Of a stretch of DNA of 64,000 bases, positions 19,166 to 28,289 are shown piece after piece (positions within the stretch are counted from its first letter, which is position 1; each line of letters opens with the position of its first letter). The position numbers and the translations under genes were made by a program. Source of the DNA: Spirochaetia bacterium (GTDB taxonomy: Bacteria; Spirochaetota; Spirochaetia; SZUA-6; Bin103); assembly GCA_965208575.1 (NCBI GenBank), contig CBDBOV010000005.1, positions 896,001 through 960,000 on the forward strand. The letters are read 5' to 3'. Under the pieces are notes generated by a model. The model had not been told where the DNA came from and searched no databases. It saw nothing but the letters and a program-made list of their open reading frames with translations.

Positions 19166-19380
19166 TCAGTTCCCTGCGTCGATCATCCGCCGCAACCGCG
19201 GATGCAACGTACTGACCAACCGATCCAGCCGCTCCCGCATCCACTCCACCGCCGCCCGGAACTCGCCGCTTTGGGGGTCATCTGGCAGCGGGAGTACTGT
19301 CTCGCGCCAGAATCCGATTCGTGGACTTCCTGCCGAACTGGTCCGGCTCTCCACATCATCGCCCAACTCATCACGCAGTT
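19166..19380 (-). pseudogene. Orphan C-terminal fragment resembling a DUF4268-type domain
   Basis: LRDELGDDVE…PRIGFWRET…EFRAAVEWMRERLDRLVSTLHPRLRRM*; no own start codon. Confidence 0.4.
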
Positions 19381-20410
19381 GAGTGCGCCGCCGGAGTGGC
19401 CGTCCGAGGGACCAACGTAGAATTTCGGTGCTGGCGGCGCGTGCCGATCTCGTTCTTCGGCGCCGCAGCAGCGGCCGTCGCGCTCTGCGCGGTGACTTTG
19501 ACGGGGCGCTCGCCAGTCGTCGAACCGTAACTTGACTCCGGCGCCGGAGTGTCGGTCGCGGCCGCTGGGGCATCGCCGGCGAGGCTGGCAGACGGCGGGC
19601 GTAGGGCCGGCGGCCGACCCGATGCACCGGCGGCGGAAGTCGCAGGTTCGGGGCGCGCGGGGTTGACCCCGGTACACTTCGGCGCCGGAGTCGGGCCGTC
19701 TACGCCGGAGTCTGCAGTTCGTCCGGGTGTATGCACCTCTTCCTGCTTTCTCCTCGGTGTCTCGTTTGCGGAATCCACGCGCCGGCGTCGACCGCGCCCG
19801 CCGCAGCGCGGGTCGTGGCGCTCGACCGCCTCGCGTACCAGGCGTGCCACCAGGTCGCCCCACGACATGCGCGGGTCGAGGTGCGACAGCAGACCCTTCA
19901 ACTGCCGCAGCCCGCGTTCGCACTCCTCGTCGATGCTCACCTTCAGCGTGTACCGGCCGTTGCCAACCGTGCGCAAGGTGTCCCGCGGCTGCGCCGTGCC
20001 GGGGCCTGCGGCGGCGGCGATCAGGCCGGCGACCTGGCGAGTGCTCAGGCCGGCCGCCTGCCTGATCAGCTCTCGCTGGCGCCGCGGATCAAGCAGCGGC
20101 GCCGCCGCTACGCAGTCGACCGCGCCCGGCCCACCCTTGGCGACCACGTCGCTCGCCGACACCCCGCGCGACGTGGAATCGGCGGGAGCCGACACCGAGG
20201 GCAGCACGGTAACTCGATCGTGGCCGCTGCCGACAGAGGGGTCCGTCGGCGGGTACGTGGTCACGCCCCGCTGCGCCGGTCGATCTCCGCCAGATGGTCC
20301 AGGATGTGCACTTCGAGGGTGCGCTTGTTGGCCACCAGGCGCCGGGTCTGGTCAAGGAGCTGCTGGTCGGCAAGCAGTCCGAACGGCCGCTTTGCAGTTG
20401 CGTTCATCAT
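19371..20410 (-). pseudogene. Internally deleted HNH-endonuclease-associated (DUF222-like) gene in two fragments; HNH domain absent
   Basis: 20261-20410 MMNATAKRPFGLLADQQLLDQTRRLVANKRTLEVHILDHLAEIDRR; 19371-20264 …AAGLSTRQVAGL…GRYTLKVSIDEECERGLRQLKGLLSHLDPRMSWGDLVARLVREAVERHDP followed by a low-complexity tail; TGtTATAAT just upstream. Confidence 0.6.
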
Positions 20411-20690
20411 ACCTAATTATAACATGGATTTAGAGATAGCAGCTTCGATCAAGCGCTCGACCAAGTTCCGCCTTGGCCCACAGGGGGCGCTGCGGGCGTT
20501 CAAACGCCCGCTTGGACGGAACCGGACGCTCACGACCAAACGGCGCTGCCGAGGCGCACCAGGGCCGTTCGGCGACCGACAAATACCGTGTCAACCCCCG
20601 GTGCGCAATTTCTTCGAATTTCGAGGTGGCGCTACGCCTGAGCACGACGCAGGTCGAATGGCGTGGCGGCCTTGGTTGCCGCCGGCGGGG

Positions 20691-21149
20691 TCAGAGGTTG
20701 TCGTCGATCAGTTCGGGGTGCCGGCGCATCCACTGCGCAAACGCTGTGCGGATTCGGTCTACGTCATTCAGTTCATTGGCGCAGATGCCGAACAGCTCGG
20801 CGGCGGTCACCTCGTGGTAGAAGTGGACCATGCGGTTGCGATAGCCGGCAAGCTTCACCAGGAGGTCGGCCGTCTCCGTGTCGAATACGCCGTGCTCGCC
20901 GAGGCTGCGGCCCACCGCCTTGTACTCGGCGACCCCGGCGCCGGCCAGTTTGGCAACCAGGTGACGCCCGACGTCGAGCAACGCCTCCAGCGAGCGGCGC
21001 AGGCACGACTCGGCGGTCCACACGTTGCGGGAGTCGGACCCGAAGGACGCGAGGCTGTCGAGCGGCAGCCGGCGAATCTCGGCGAGGGATGCCTCTACCC
21101 GTCCGAGGCGGTCCAGGACCAGTCTGCGGGTGACTTTCTCAGGACTCGT
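20691..21149 (-). CDS. hepT: HepT-like HEPN ribonuclease toxin (DUF86); apparent start codon is ACG
   Basis: GYRNRMVHFY (Rx4HxY); frame open upstream to GGAGG-cgacc-ACG AGT CCT GAG. Confidence 0.82.
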   Translation of the reverse strand, partial: TSPEKVTRRLVLDRLGRVEASLAEIRRLPLDSLASFGSDSRNVWTAESCLRRSLEALLDVGRHLVAKLAGAGVAEYKAVGRSLGEHGVFDTETADLLVKLAGYRNRMVHFYHEVTAAELFGICANELNDVDRIRTAFAQWMRRHPELIDDNL

Positions 21150-21585
21150 GGTCGCCTCCAGCCAGAATGGTCGACTCGATCTGGGCTAGGCGCTCTCGCT
21201 CGAAGGGCGCGAGATCGCCGGCCCGCCGCAGTACGTACAGATCGAGCTCGTCCGCGTACAAACGGTCCGCGCAGTACAGGCGTTCCCCGCGGACGATGTT
21301 GGCGGCGACGAACGGGTCCACCTCCGCCATGTCCGCCAGGTCGATCGCCTCGAATTCGAACAGGTCGGAGAGCGCGGATGCGATGGCGACCTTCTCGGCG
21401 AGCGAAAAGCGCCGGCCGATGCCGCCGGAGACCGCAACATCGAAGTCGCTCGTCCCCGCAGCCAGCGCGCCGCCCCGATGCAACCAGCGCAGCGCCTGAA
21501 GCGCCCGGCTGCCGTAGGCGTAAAGCACTGCGACCCCATGCCTTGCGCAGAGTTGTTCGAGTCGCTGAAGACGGTCGTACGCCAC
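21139..21585 (-). CDS. mntA: MntA-like minimal nucleotidyltransferase antitoxin (type VII TA)
   Basis: LYAYGSRA…SDFDVAV, IDLADM, IVRGERLY; overlaps the HEPN gene start. Confidence 0.85.
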   Translation of the reverse strand: MAYDRLQRLEQLCARHGVAVLYAYGSRALQALRWLHRGGALAAGTSDFDVAVSGGIGRRFSLAEKVAIASALSDLFEFEAIDLADMAEVDPFVAANIVRGERLYCADRLYADELDLYVLRRAGDLAPFERERLAQIESTILAGGDHES

Positions 21586-21591
21586 GCCTCC

Positions 21592-21619
21592 ACTTTAGCC
21601 GGCACGGGTCGGCGTGCAA
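21592..21619 (-). promoter_or_regulatory. Putative promoter of mntA-hepT
   Basis: TTGCAC-16nt-TAAAGT, 6 nt before GTG. Confidence 0.45.
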
Positions 21620-21636
21620 ATGCGCGCGTGGCCGCG

Positions 21637-21658
21637 CGGTACGGTACGGTACGGTACG
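21637..21658. repeat. (CGGTA)4 pentanucleotide microsatellite
   Basis: CGGTACGGTACGGTACGGTACG. Confidence 0.9.
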
Positions 21659-21776
21659 CATGAAGGCGGATCCGCTCGACAAGGAGCACGCGGACCAGGC
21701 GAGCGTGGCGAATGGTCACGGGAAGCGGGCAGGCGGGTCAGCCGCGACCTCGCTTCGCACTTCACGGGTGACGAAC

Positions 21777-22529
21777 TCAACATGTCGCGTTCATGTCGAC
21801 GTAGGACTCTCCGCGGAGCAGTGGCACCGAGTGGCTGCAGTCCAGCCGGCTTGCCAGTTTCACGTCGTCGCGAAAGCCGCGCCGAATCAGTTCCTGACCG
21901 GAGGCGCTCGCCTCGATGACATCGCCGAGATCGTTGCGGCTGGCAGCAAACGCCGCCTCGGCGGCGCGCGCCTCAGGGGACTTGCTGCCGGCGAGGCGGC
22001 TGATGATCGCGCCGGCGCCGATCAGATCCTCGACGGCGGGTCTCAGGCTGCCGTCCGGCCAGCGCTCGCCGCACGCAATCACGGCCACCGTGCGCCCGAG
22101 ACCGGCGGCGTGAGCGGCTACCGCTCTGCTGTTGCGCAGGCAGCCGGCCAAGGTCGGCGTCGCGCCGGTGGCGAGCGACAGCGCGGAGCCGTTGGGGGAG
22201 GGCAGCACGAGGCGGGTGCCGGCGGGAATGTCGAGCAGGCTGGCGGGCGACAGCGACCAGGCTCCGCGGGCAGCACCGCGGTGCCCGGCGAGCAGCGCAC
22301 TCCGGGCGCGGGTGAACTCGCCCGCGGTATCGTCCCGGAAACGGTAGGGGAATATGAGCGCGCCGTTGGCCGTGGCGATGTCGACGCAGGTAGTGAACGA
22401 TAGCACGTCCACGATCACCACGACGTCGCTGGCCGGCGCCAGGAGCTCGACCCCGTGCAAACCCCACTCGCAGCGGATGTCGTTGTCCCTCTGTTCCAGG
22501 TGAGCGGTGCTGAGCTTGGCGCGCTTCAC
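21777..22529 (-). CDS. comB: 2-phosphosulfolactate phosphatase family protein
   Basis: VVVIVDVLSFTT, SLSP, LPSPNGS, GCLRN, VIACGERW, EDLIGAG, ASGQEL. Confidence 0.82.
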   Translation of the reverse strand: MKRAKLSTAHLEQRDNDIRCEWGLHGVELLAPASDVVVIVDVLSFTTCVDIATANGALIFPYRFRDDTAGEFTRARSALLAGHRGAARGAWSLSPASLLDIPAGTRLVLPSPNGSALSLATGATPTLAGCLRNSRAVAAHAAGLGRTVAVIACGERWPDGSLRPAVEDLIGAGAIISRLAGSKSPEARAAEAAFAASRNDLGDVIEASASGQELIRRGFRDDVKLASRLDCSHSVPLLRGESYVDMNATC

Positions 22530-22537
22530 AGTGAGCG

Positions 22538-23965
22538 TCAGGCCGCGCCGGGGAGCGAAATGCGCACGGTCGTCCCCTGTCCCAGCCCAGGGCTCGTCAC
22601 GACGATCGTTCCGGCGTGGGCGGCAACGATGGCGCGAGCGATCGCCAGTCCCAGGCCGGAGCCGCCGGTGTCGCGGCTGCGCGATGCATCGGCCCGGTAG
22701 AGGCGGTCGAACAGGTGCGGCAGATCGGCCGCGTCGACTCCCTCGCCATCGTCCGAAACGGTTATCGCCACCCGTTCGTCCGGCTCCACCGCCACCGTCA
22801 CCTCGACCAGGCCGCCCGCGTCGGTGTGCTGCAGCGCGTTGTGTACCACGTTGCCGAGCGCCTGGCTCATGCGCATGCGGTCGAGATCGAGCGCCGGCAA
22901 CGCGCCTGCCTGTCGGTGCGACAGCACGATTCCGCGCATGCGCGCCCGCGGCTGCCATCGCTGTAACTCGGCGTCCACCAACTCGGACACCGCACACGGT
23001 TCCCGTTCGAGCCGCAGTCCGCCGGAGTCGGTTTCCGCCAGCCAGCTCAGATCGCTCACCAGGTTGCGCAGCATGGTTACTTCCCGGACGATCCGGTCCG
23101 CCCCCTGGGCCGGTTCCTGCAATCCGTCGCGCAGTCCCCTCGCCTCCAGTTGGATGACGCTGAGCGGGGTGTTCAACTCGTGGGACACATCGTCGACCAG
23201 CCGGCGGCGCAGGTTGCGCTGGGTCTCCAGCGCGGCCGTCATGCGGTTGAAGGCCGTGCTCATCTGGCCCAGTTCGTCGCCCGAGGTAACCGGCAGGAGT
23301 GAGCTGGCACCCTGCCGCGCCACGTTCCTGGCGGCCTCGGTGAGACGCGTCACCGGTGCCGTAATGCGGCGCGAGAGCCACGCCGCCATGGCCAGTGCCA
23401 CGCCGGCGATCAGCACTGCGCCGAGCGCGGTGGTGGTCAGCACGCGGCGCAGGAGGCCGTGCGACTCGGTCGCCAGAAACGCGCCATCCACGTCCACGTA
23501 GACAGCACCGACCGGCCCGCCCTCTGCCCCGTCCGTCACGGTTGCCCGCTCCCCTCCCAGGTCCGGAGCCGGCGTCCCCGGCGCCAGCCGCGACAGGTTG
23601 TCGTGGATCACCACACCGGCGCCGTCGACGACCACGACTCTGACGCGTTCGACGTGGAAGGTCTCGGAACCGCGCTCTTCGTGGTCGCCGCGGCGGTCGT
23701 GCCCGCCCGTCTCGCCGCCCTTCCGGAAGCCCGCGTCGGCGAGCACCCGCTCGACCCCCGCCCAGCCGCCGGAGGTGCGGTATGCGCGGCTCAGGTTGCG
23801 CGCGACGTTGCCCGCTTCGACCGCGGTGAGCTGTTTCACGAACCCGTCCACCTGACTGCTGGTGGCGTAGTACCCGACACCCACGCCGAGCGCCACGGCA
23901 AGGAGCACTATCACGACGAACGCCTGTACGATGCGCCCGTGCAAGGATGCCGCGCGCGCGTTCAC
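22538..23965 (-). CDS. HAMP sensor histidine kinase (BaeS-like)
   Basis: Two TM helices, HAMP (DELGQMSTAFNRM), H-box VSHELNTPL, N-box NVVHNA, DDGEG, FDRLYRAD, GSGLGLAI. Confidence 0.93.
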   Translation of the reverse strand: MNARAASLHGRIVQAFVVIVLLAVALGVGVGYYATSSQVDGFVKQLTAVEAGNVARNLSRAYRTSGGWAGVERVLADAGFRKGGETGGHDRRGDHEERGSETFHVERVRVVVVDGAGVVIHDNLSRLAPGTPAPDLGGERATVTDGAEGGPVGAVYVDVDGAFLATESHGLLRRVLTTTALGAVLIAGVALAMAAWLSRRITAPVTRLTEAARNVARQGASSLLPVTSGDELGQMSTAFNRMTAALETQRNLRRRLVDDVSHELNTPLSVIQLEARGLRDGLQEPAQGADRIVREVTMLRNLVSDLSWLAETDSGGLRLEREPCAVSELVDAELQRWQPRARMRGIVLSHRQAGALPALDLDRMRMSQALGNVVHNALQHTDAGGLVEVTVAVEPDERVAITVSDDGEGVDAADLPHLFDRLYRADASRSRDTGGSGLGLAIARAIVAAHAGTIVVTSPGLGQGTTVRISLPGAA

Positions 23966-24642
23966 GATTGCTCCGGAACGAAGCGGTAGCCGGCGCCGTA
24001 CACCGTCTGAATCGGCTGCTTGCCCCCAACTCCGATCTGTTTGCGAAGCCGAAGCACGTGGTTGTCGATCGCGCGGTCATAGCCGCCGAAGTCGTCGTCG
24101 AATGCCAGGGTGATGAGCTGGTCGCGGGTCAGTACCTGACCGGGATGGCGCATGAACGCGCCGAGCAACGCGAACTGTGCGCGGCTCAGTGTGACGGGCC
24201 GCCCGCCGACCGATGCCGCCCGGGTCGCCTCGTCCATCGTGATGGCGCCGCACGTCAGGACGCGCTGCACCTTGTCCTCGACACGGCGCAGCACCGCCTT
24301 GGCGCGCGCCACCACCTCATCCGGGTCGAACGGCTTGACGATGTAGTCGTCGGCGCCGCTGTCGAGCCCGTCGATGCGGTCGCCGTGGGCTTCGCGCGCC
24401 GTGAGCATGATGATCGGCACGGCCGACTCACGGCGCAGGATGCGGCACACCTGCATGCCGTCGAGGCGCGGCAGCATCAGGTCGAGCACGATCAGCCGGG
24501 GGCGGCCGGCGCGGGCGAGCGCCAGCCCGGAGCGTCCGTCGCCCGCCACCTCGGCCTCGAAGCCCGCCCGCTCGAAGTGGATCTTCAGCCAGTGGGCGAT
24601 GCGCGGTTCGTCCTCGACGATCAGAATCGTGCCGCCTGTCAT
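23962..24642 (-). CDS. OmpR-family response regulator
   Basis: ILIVEDE, LDLMLP, IMLTAR, GADDYIVKPF, winged helix …IQTVYGAGYRF. Confidence 0.95.
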   Translation of the reverse strand: MTGGTILIVEDEPRIAHWLKIHFERAGFEAEVAGDGRSGLALARAGRPRLIVLDLMLPRLDGMQVCRILRRESAVPIIMLTAREAHGDRIDGLDSGADDYIVKPFDPDEVVARAKAVLRRVEDKVQRVLTCGAITMDEATRAASVGGRPVTLSRAQFALLGAFMRHPGQVLTRDQLITLAFDDDFGGYDRAIDNHVLRLRKQIGVGGKQPIQTVYGAGYRFVPEQS

Positions 24643-24762
24643 TGCGCCTCCCGAAACATAGGGCTCGGGTCTGTCGCCGGCCAGTTGCCCGGCGGATGCG
24701 GTGGCAGGCAGATCACGGCGCCGCGCCGCTCTCGGTGCGGCGCCGGGTTCCGCCACGGGCTG

Positions 24763-25293
24763 CTAACCTCCGCCGTGTTCGCCGCTTCTCTCGCCGCGCT
24801 CACCATGTTCGCCGCCGCTCTCGCCGCCACCGCCGTGTTCGCCCCCGGTGCCGCCGCCGCCGACTTCGGCGTGCGCGATCCAGCCGTCGAACTGCTCGCC
24901 ATTCGCCGGCAGCGTCACTGCTATCGTCTGTCCCGCGGCGAGGTCGACCGGCGTCGTGGGGCCGAGCTCCGTGCCGGTCGACAGGTGCACCTCCACGCGG
25001 ACCCTCGGCAGGGTGCCGCCGGTGGTGTTCTGCACGGTCCCGACGAAGGTGTCCGCGTCGGCGTCGTAGCGCAGGATGAGCCGTGCGCCCCTGCGTACCT
25101 GATCGAATTCCTCGTCCAGCCCAAGGAAGGTACCCGATTCCTCTTCGCCGGATTCGCCGCCATGTTCGCGTTCACGACTCTCGCCCATACCGGTGCAGCC
25201 GGCGATCGCGGCCGCGGCCAGGAAGGCAGTCGGCAGCGTGAGCCTCGTGAACCTCGTGAACCTCAACTTGTGCATCAATGACCTGTTTGCCAT
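24763..25293 (-). CDS. Lipoprotein with small Ig/FxLYD-like domain and His/Glu/Gly-rich (EHGG) termini
   Basis: GAGGAG RBS; lipobox IAGC; GTVQNTT….RVRVEVHLS.GTELGPT; REHGGESGEE and GEHGGGGESGGEHGERGERSGEHGGG. Confidence 0.72.
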   Translation of the reverse strand: MANRSLMHKLRFTRFTRLTLPTAFLAAAAIAGCTGMGESREREHGGESGEEESGTFLGLDEEFDQVRRGARLILRYDADADTFVGTVQNTTGGTLPRVRVEVHLSTGTELGPTTPVDLAAGQTIAVTLPANGEQFDGWIAHAEVGGGGTGGEHGGGGESGGEHGERGERSGEHGGG

Positions 25294-25442
25294 CGTTCTC
25301 CTCCTCGGGGAGTTCCCCGAATCAATTCCGAGCACATGCCGTCTCGTTGCAGAGAAGAATCGCGGCGAAATGTCGTACGAATATCCCGTCTGGGAAAAAT
25401 CTGCTGTGGTCCTTTTCAGCGGGGCTCACCTATACTGCCGGC

Positions 25443-26471
25443 GTGAGCCAAAAACAGAAGGTGATCCTCGACATCGCGTTCCGGCGCCTCGACGAGGTGT
25501 TTCATCCCGACGATCTGAACCACCTGCACGAGATTGCCGACGTGGTATGGGGGCGCGACGAGCCGATGCCGGAGGCGGAGTTCGAAGCCGCCAAGGGCGA
25601 CGCGTTCGCCATCGTCACCGGCCGGTGGCGTCATGGCGACGTGGCGGAGATGCCGAAACTGCGGGCGATCCTGGAGATGGCCGGGCGTCATCCGAGCCCG
25701 GCGCTGCTCGATTACCGGGCCTGCTTCGCGCGCAACATCCGCGTGCTCAGCGTGGCGCCGGCGTTCGGGCCGATGGTCGCGGAGGCGGCGCTGGCCATGG
25801 CGCTGGCCGCGGCGCGCGACGTGGTGTCGGGGTCGACGGCGTTTCAGACCGGTAGCGAGCAGTATCAGCACCGCGGCAACGAGGGCTGCTTCACCCTGTA
25901 CGACAAGACGGTGGGGCTGATCGGCTGCGGCAGCCTGGCGCGCAACCTGATGCCGCTGCTGGCGCCGTTCCGCTGCAAGCTGCTGGGCTACGACCCGTGG
26001 CTGTCAGACCGCTACCTGGCGCGGATGGGCGTGCAGCCGACGACGTTGGAGGCCCTCCTGGAGCAGGCGAGGGTGATCTTCGTGCTGGCCATTCCCTCCA
26101 GCGAGAACCGGGCGCTGCTCGACCGCTCGCTCCTGGAGCGGATTCAGCCCGGCGCCGTGCTGGCGCTGATGAGCCGGGCGCACGTGGTCGACTTCGACGC
26201 CCTGACCGAGCTGCTGTACGCGGGCCGCTTCAAAGCCGCCATCGACGTGTTCCCGAAGGAGCCGGTGCCGGCGGACCATCCGATCCGCCACGCGCCGGGG
26301 ACGGTACTGGCCGCCCACCGCGCCGGCACCGTGCGCGAGGACATGTGGGAGTTGGGCCGCATCGCCGTGAACGACCTGGAGGCGCTGCTGCAGGGGCTGC
26401 CGCCGCGCGAGATGCAGCCCGCCGACCCCGACATCGTGTTCCGTCACCCAGGCAACCGTTGGCGCAACTAA
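25443..26471 (+). CDS. D-isomer-specific 2-hydroxyacid dehydrogenase family protein
   Basis: VAEAALA, TVGLIGCGSLA, LGYDPW, SRAHVVD, AIDVFPKEP, HRAG. Confidence 0.88.
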   Translation: MSQKQKVILDIAFRRLDEVFHPDDLNHLHEIADVVWGRDEPMPEAEFEAAKGDAFAIVTGRWRHGDVAEMPKLRAILEMAGRHPSPALLDYRACFARNIRVLSVAPAFGPMVAEAALAMALAAARDVVSGSTAFQTGSEQYQHRGNEGCFTLYDKTVGLIGCGSLARNLMPLLAPFRCKLLGYDPWLSDRYLARMGVQPTTLEALLEQARVIFVLAIPSSENRALLDRSLLERIQPGAVLALMSRAHVVDFDALTELLYAGRFKAAIDVFPKEPVPADHPIRHAPGTVLAAHRAGTVREDMWELGRIAVNDLEALLQGLPPREMQPADPDIVFRHPGNRWRN

Positions 26472-26713
26472 ACACCGGCTGCACTTCGAGCAGTGAGTCT
26501 GTACGGTCACTCCGTGCCTTGGAAGACGATGAAAACCGATGCCCAAGCATCGCCCGCCGGCCCACTTTTTCGGACCAGGGACCCCGGCTGGCCGTGTTGC
26601 TCATAGCTCTCCTGCGGCCGATTTGCTCGTTCGATTCGCCTGTCCGGCCGGGCGCATCGTCGCCCCCCGTGCGGCGTCCTGTTCCACCACGGCCTGCCGG
26701 CGTGGTGGGCCGC

Positions 26714-27985
26714 ATGCGCGGCCACGCGCCTGTGGCCATGTTCGGCCTGTGTCTGCTGGCGGCATCTTCCGGCACGGCGGCCGCGCAGCCCGCCGGCGCG
26801 CCTTGGCCCGGCCCGCGGGTCGAGTGGGTGCGCGGCTACGGCGGATGGTACACCGAAGAGCACCCGCACACGGCGGTCGAGGCCGGCGACGGCGGCTTCG
26901 TGATCGTCGGCGAGACCACCGGCGGCGACACCAGCCGCATATTCGTGGTGCGGACCGACGAACACGGCCGTGAGTTGTTTGCGCGCTCGTACGGAGCGGG
27001 GCGGTACAACTTGGGCAACTCCGTGCTGGAGCTGCCGGACGACGGCTTCATGGTCGCCGGCTCCTGGGACGTGGGGTCCACGTCGATACAGGAGGACCGC
27101 GTGCTGCTGCGCCTCGCCCCCGACGGCGAAGTGCTGGACACGCGGACCTACCCGGCGCCGCGGCGCGACGCGATCGAGGGCCTGGCGTTGAACGCCGATG
27201 GGACCATGGTCGCGGTCGGCTACCGCGACGCGGACCAGGAAGAACTGAACTCGTTCATCGTGGACACCGGACGGGCCTTCGTCATGAAGCTCGACCGCGA
27301 TCTCGGCGTGGTCTGGGAGCGCGCCATTCGCGGCGCGATGTTCCAGGCGTTCGGCGTGCAGCCGCGCACCGACGCGCCGGGATACGCGGTATTCGGCGCC
27401 TGCCGCGGCAGTGGGGAGCAGACCCGGTTCTGCCTCAGCTTCACCGACGAGGACGGCGATGCCGCGCCGCCGATCATCTATGGCACGCGCACCTCGCACC
27501 CCTACGACTTCGATGCCGCGCACGGCGGCGGCTTCATCCTCACCGGGCACGTGTCGGGCTGCCCGGACGGCTGTTGGGACGGGTTCCTGGTGCGGGTCGA
27601 CGCCACCGGCCGCGAGCTGTGGAGCGTGTCGTTCGGCGAGCCCAACGGCGGCACCCCGGAGCGCATGTTCGAGGAGTGCTACGGCGTCCGCCGCGTTCCC
27701 GGCGGCGGTTACGTGACCGCGTGCGGCAGCGGCGTGGAGCCGGGCAACGAGGCGCGCCCCGCCGACCCCCTCAACACCTGGCGCGCCTACGTGGTGCGGG
27801 TTATGGAGGACGGAGCGATCCAGTGGCAGGCGAGCTACGGCTCCCCGCACACCAACAACGCCGCCGAATTCGTGCTGCCCACGCGGGACGGCGGCTACGC
27901 GGTGTTCGCCGACTCCGACCAGCACGGCGCCGGCGAGGGAGCCAACATCGCACTCTACAAGCTCGCCGGCGACCCGCCCCGCTGA
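26714..27985 (+). CDS. Secreted beta-propeller repeat protein
   Basis: Signal peptide …LCLLAASSGTAAAQ; repeated DGGF.I.G…VR.D..G.ELW..S.G blades. Confidence 0.65.
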   Translation: MRGHAPVAMFGLCLLAASSGTAAAQPAGAPWPGPRVEWVRGYGGWYTEEHPHTAVEAGDGGFVIVGETTGGDTSRIFVVRTDEHGRELFARSYGAGRYNLGNSVLELPDDGFMVAGSWDVGSTSIQEDRVLLRLAPDGEVLDTRTYPAPRRDAIEGLALNADGTMVAVGYRDADQEELNSFIVDTGRAFVMKLDRDLGVVWERAIRGAMFQAFGVQPRTDAPGYAVFGACRGSGEQTRFCLSFTDEDGDAAPPIIYGTRTSHPYDFDAAHGGGFILTGHVSGCPDGCWDGFLVRVDATGRELWSVSFGEPNGGTPERMFEECYGVRRVPGGGYVTACGSGVEPGNEARPADPLNTWRAYVVRVMEDGAIQWQASYGSPHTNNAAEFVLPTRDGGYAVFADSDQHGAGEGANIALYKLAGDPPR

Positions 27986-27987
27986 CC

Positions 27988-28200
27988 ATGGCTGATCACC
28001 GAGGATGGAACGAGACCCTGGTGGACAAGAGGGTCACCTACTGCGTCGAACTCGAAGGGCGCATCCATGCCATCGCAAATGCCCCTGCACGGGTGAGTGT
28101 TGAAACCGGCGAGAGTCACTTCTCTCCGGGGACCGTCGAACAGTTGCAGAGGATCGTACTCGAACTGCGTGGCGACAAGGAACGCATGGACGCTCTCTGA
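27988..28200 (+). CDS. YgiT/MqsA-type zinc-finger-like small protein (degenerate)
   Basis: MADHRGWNETLVDKRVTYCVELEGRIHAIANAPARVSVETGESHFSPGTVEQLQRIV. Confidence 0.6.
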   Translation: MADHRGWNETLVDKRVTYCVELEGRIHAIANAPARVSVETGESHFSPGTVEQLQRIVLELRGDKERMDAL

Positions 28201-28289
28201 ACTGCTCCATGCCGGGATGGAACTGGGGCTCGGCGCGGGTTTCCGCAAACCGGCCGCTCCGGTGCGTGGTGGCGACGAAGAGCAGCGCT

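Noticed and set aside
21777-24080. 767-aa ORF as a large ComB fusion
   Set aside because: The N-terminal part is an alternate frame of the histidine kinase; the ComB-like domain starts near 22529.
25243-25264. CCTCGTGAA tandem 9-mer
   Set aside because: Short in-frame repeat in the lipoprotein signal n-region (RFTRFTR); no evidence of function.
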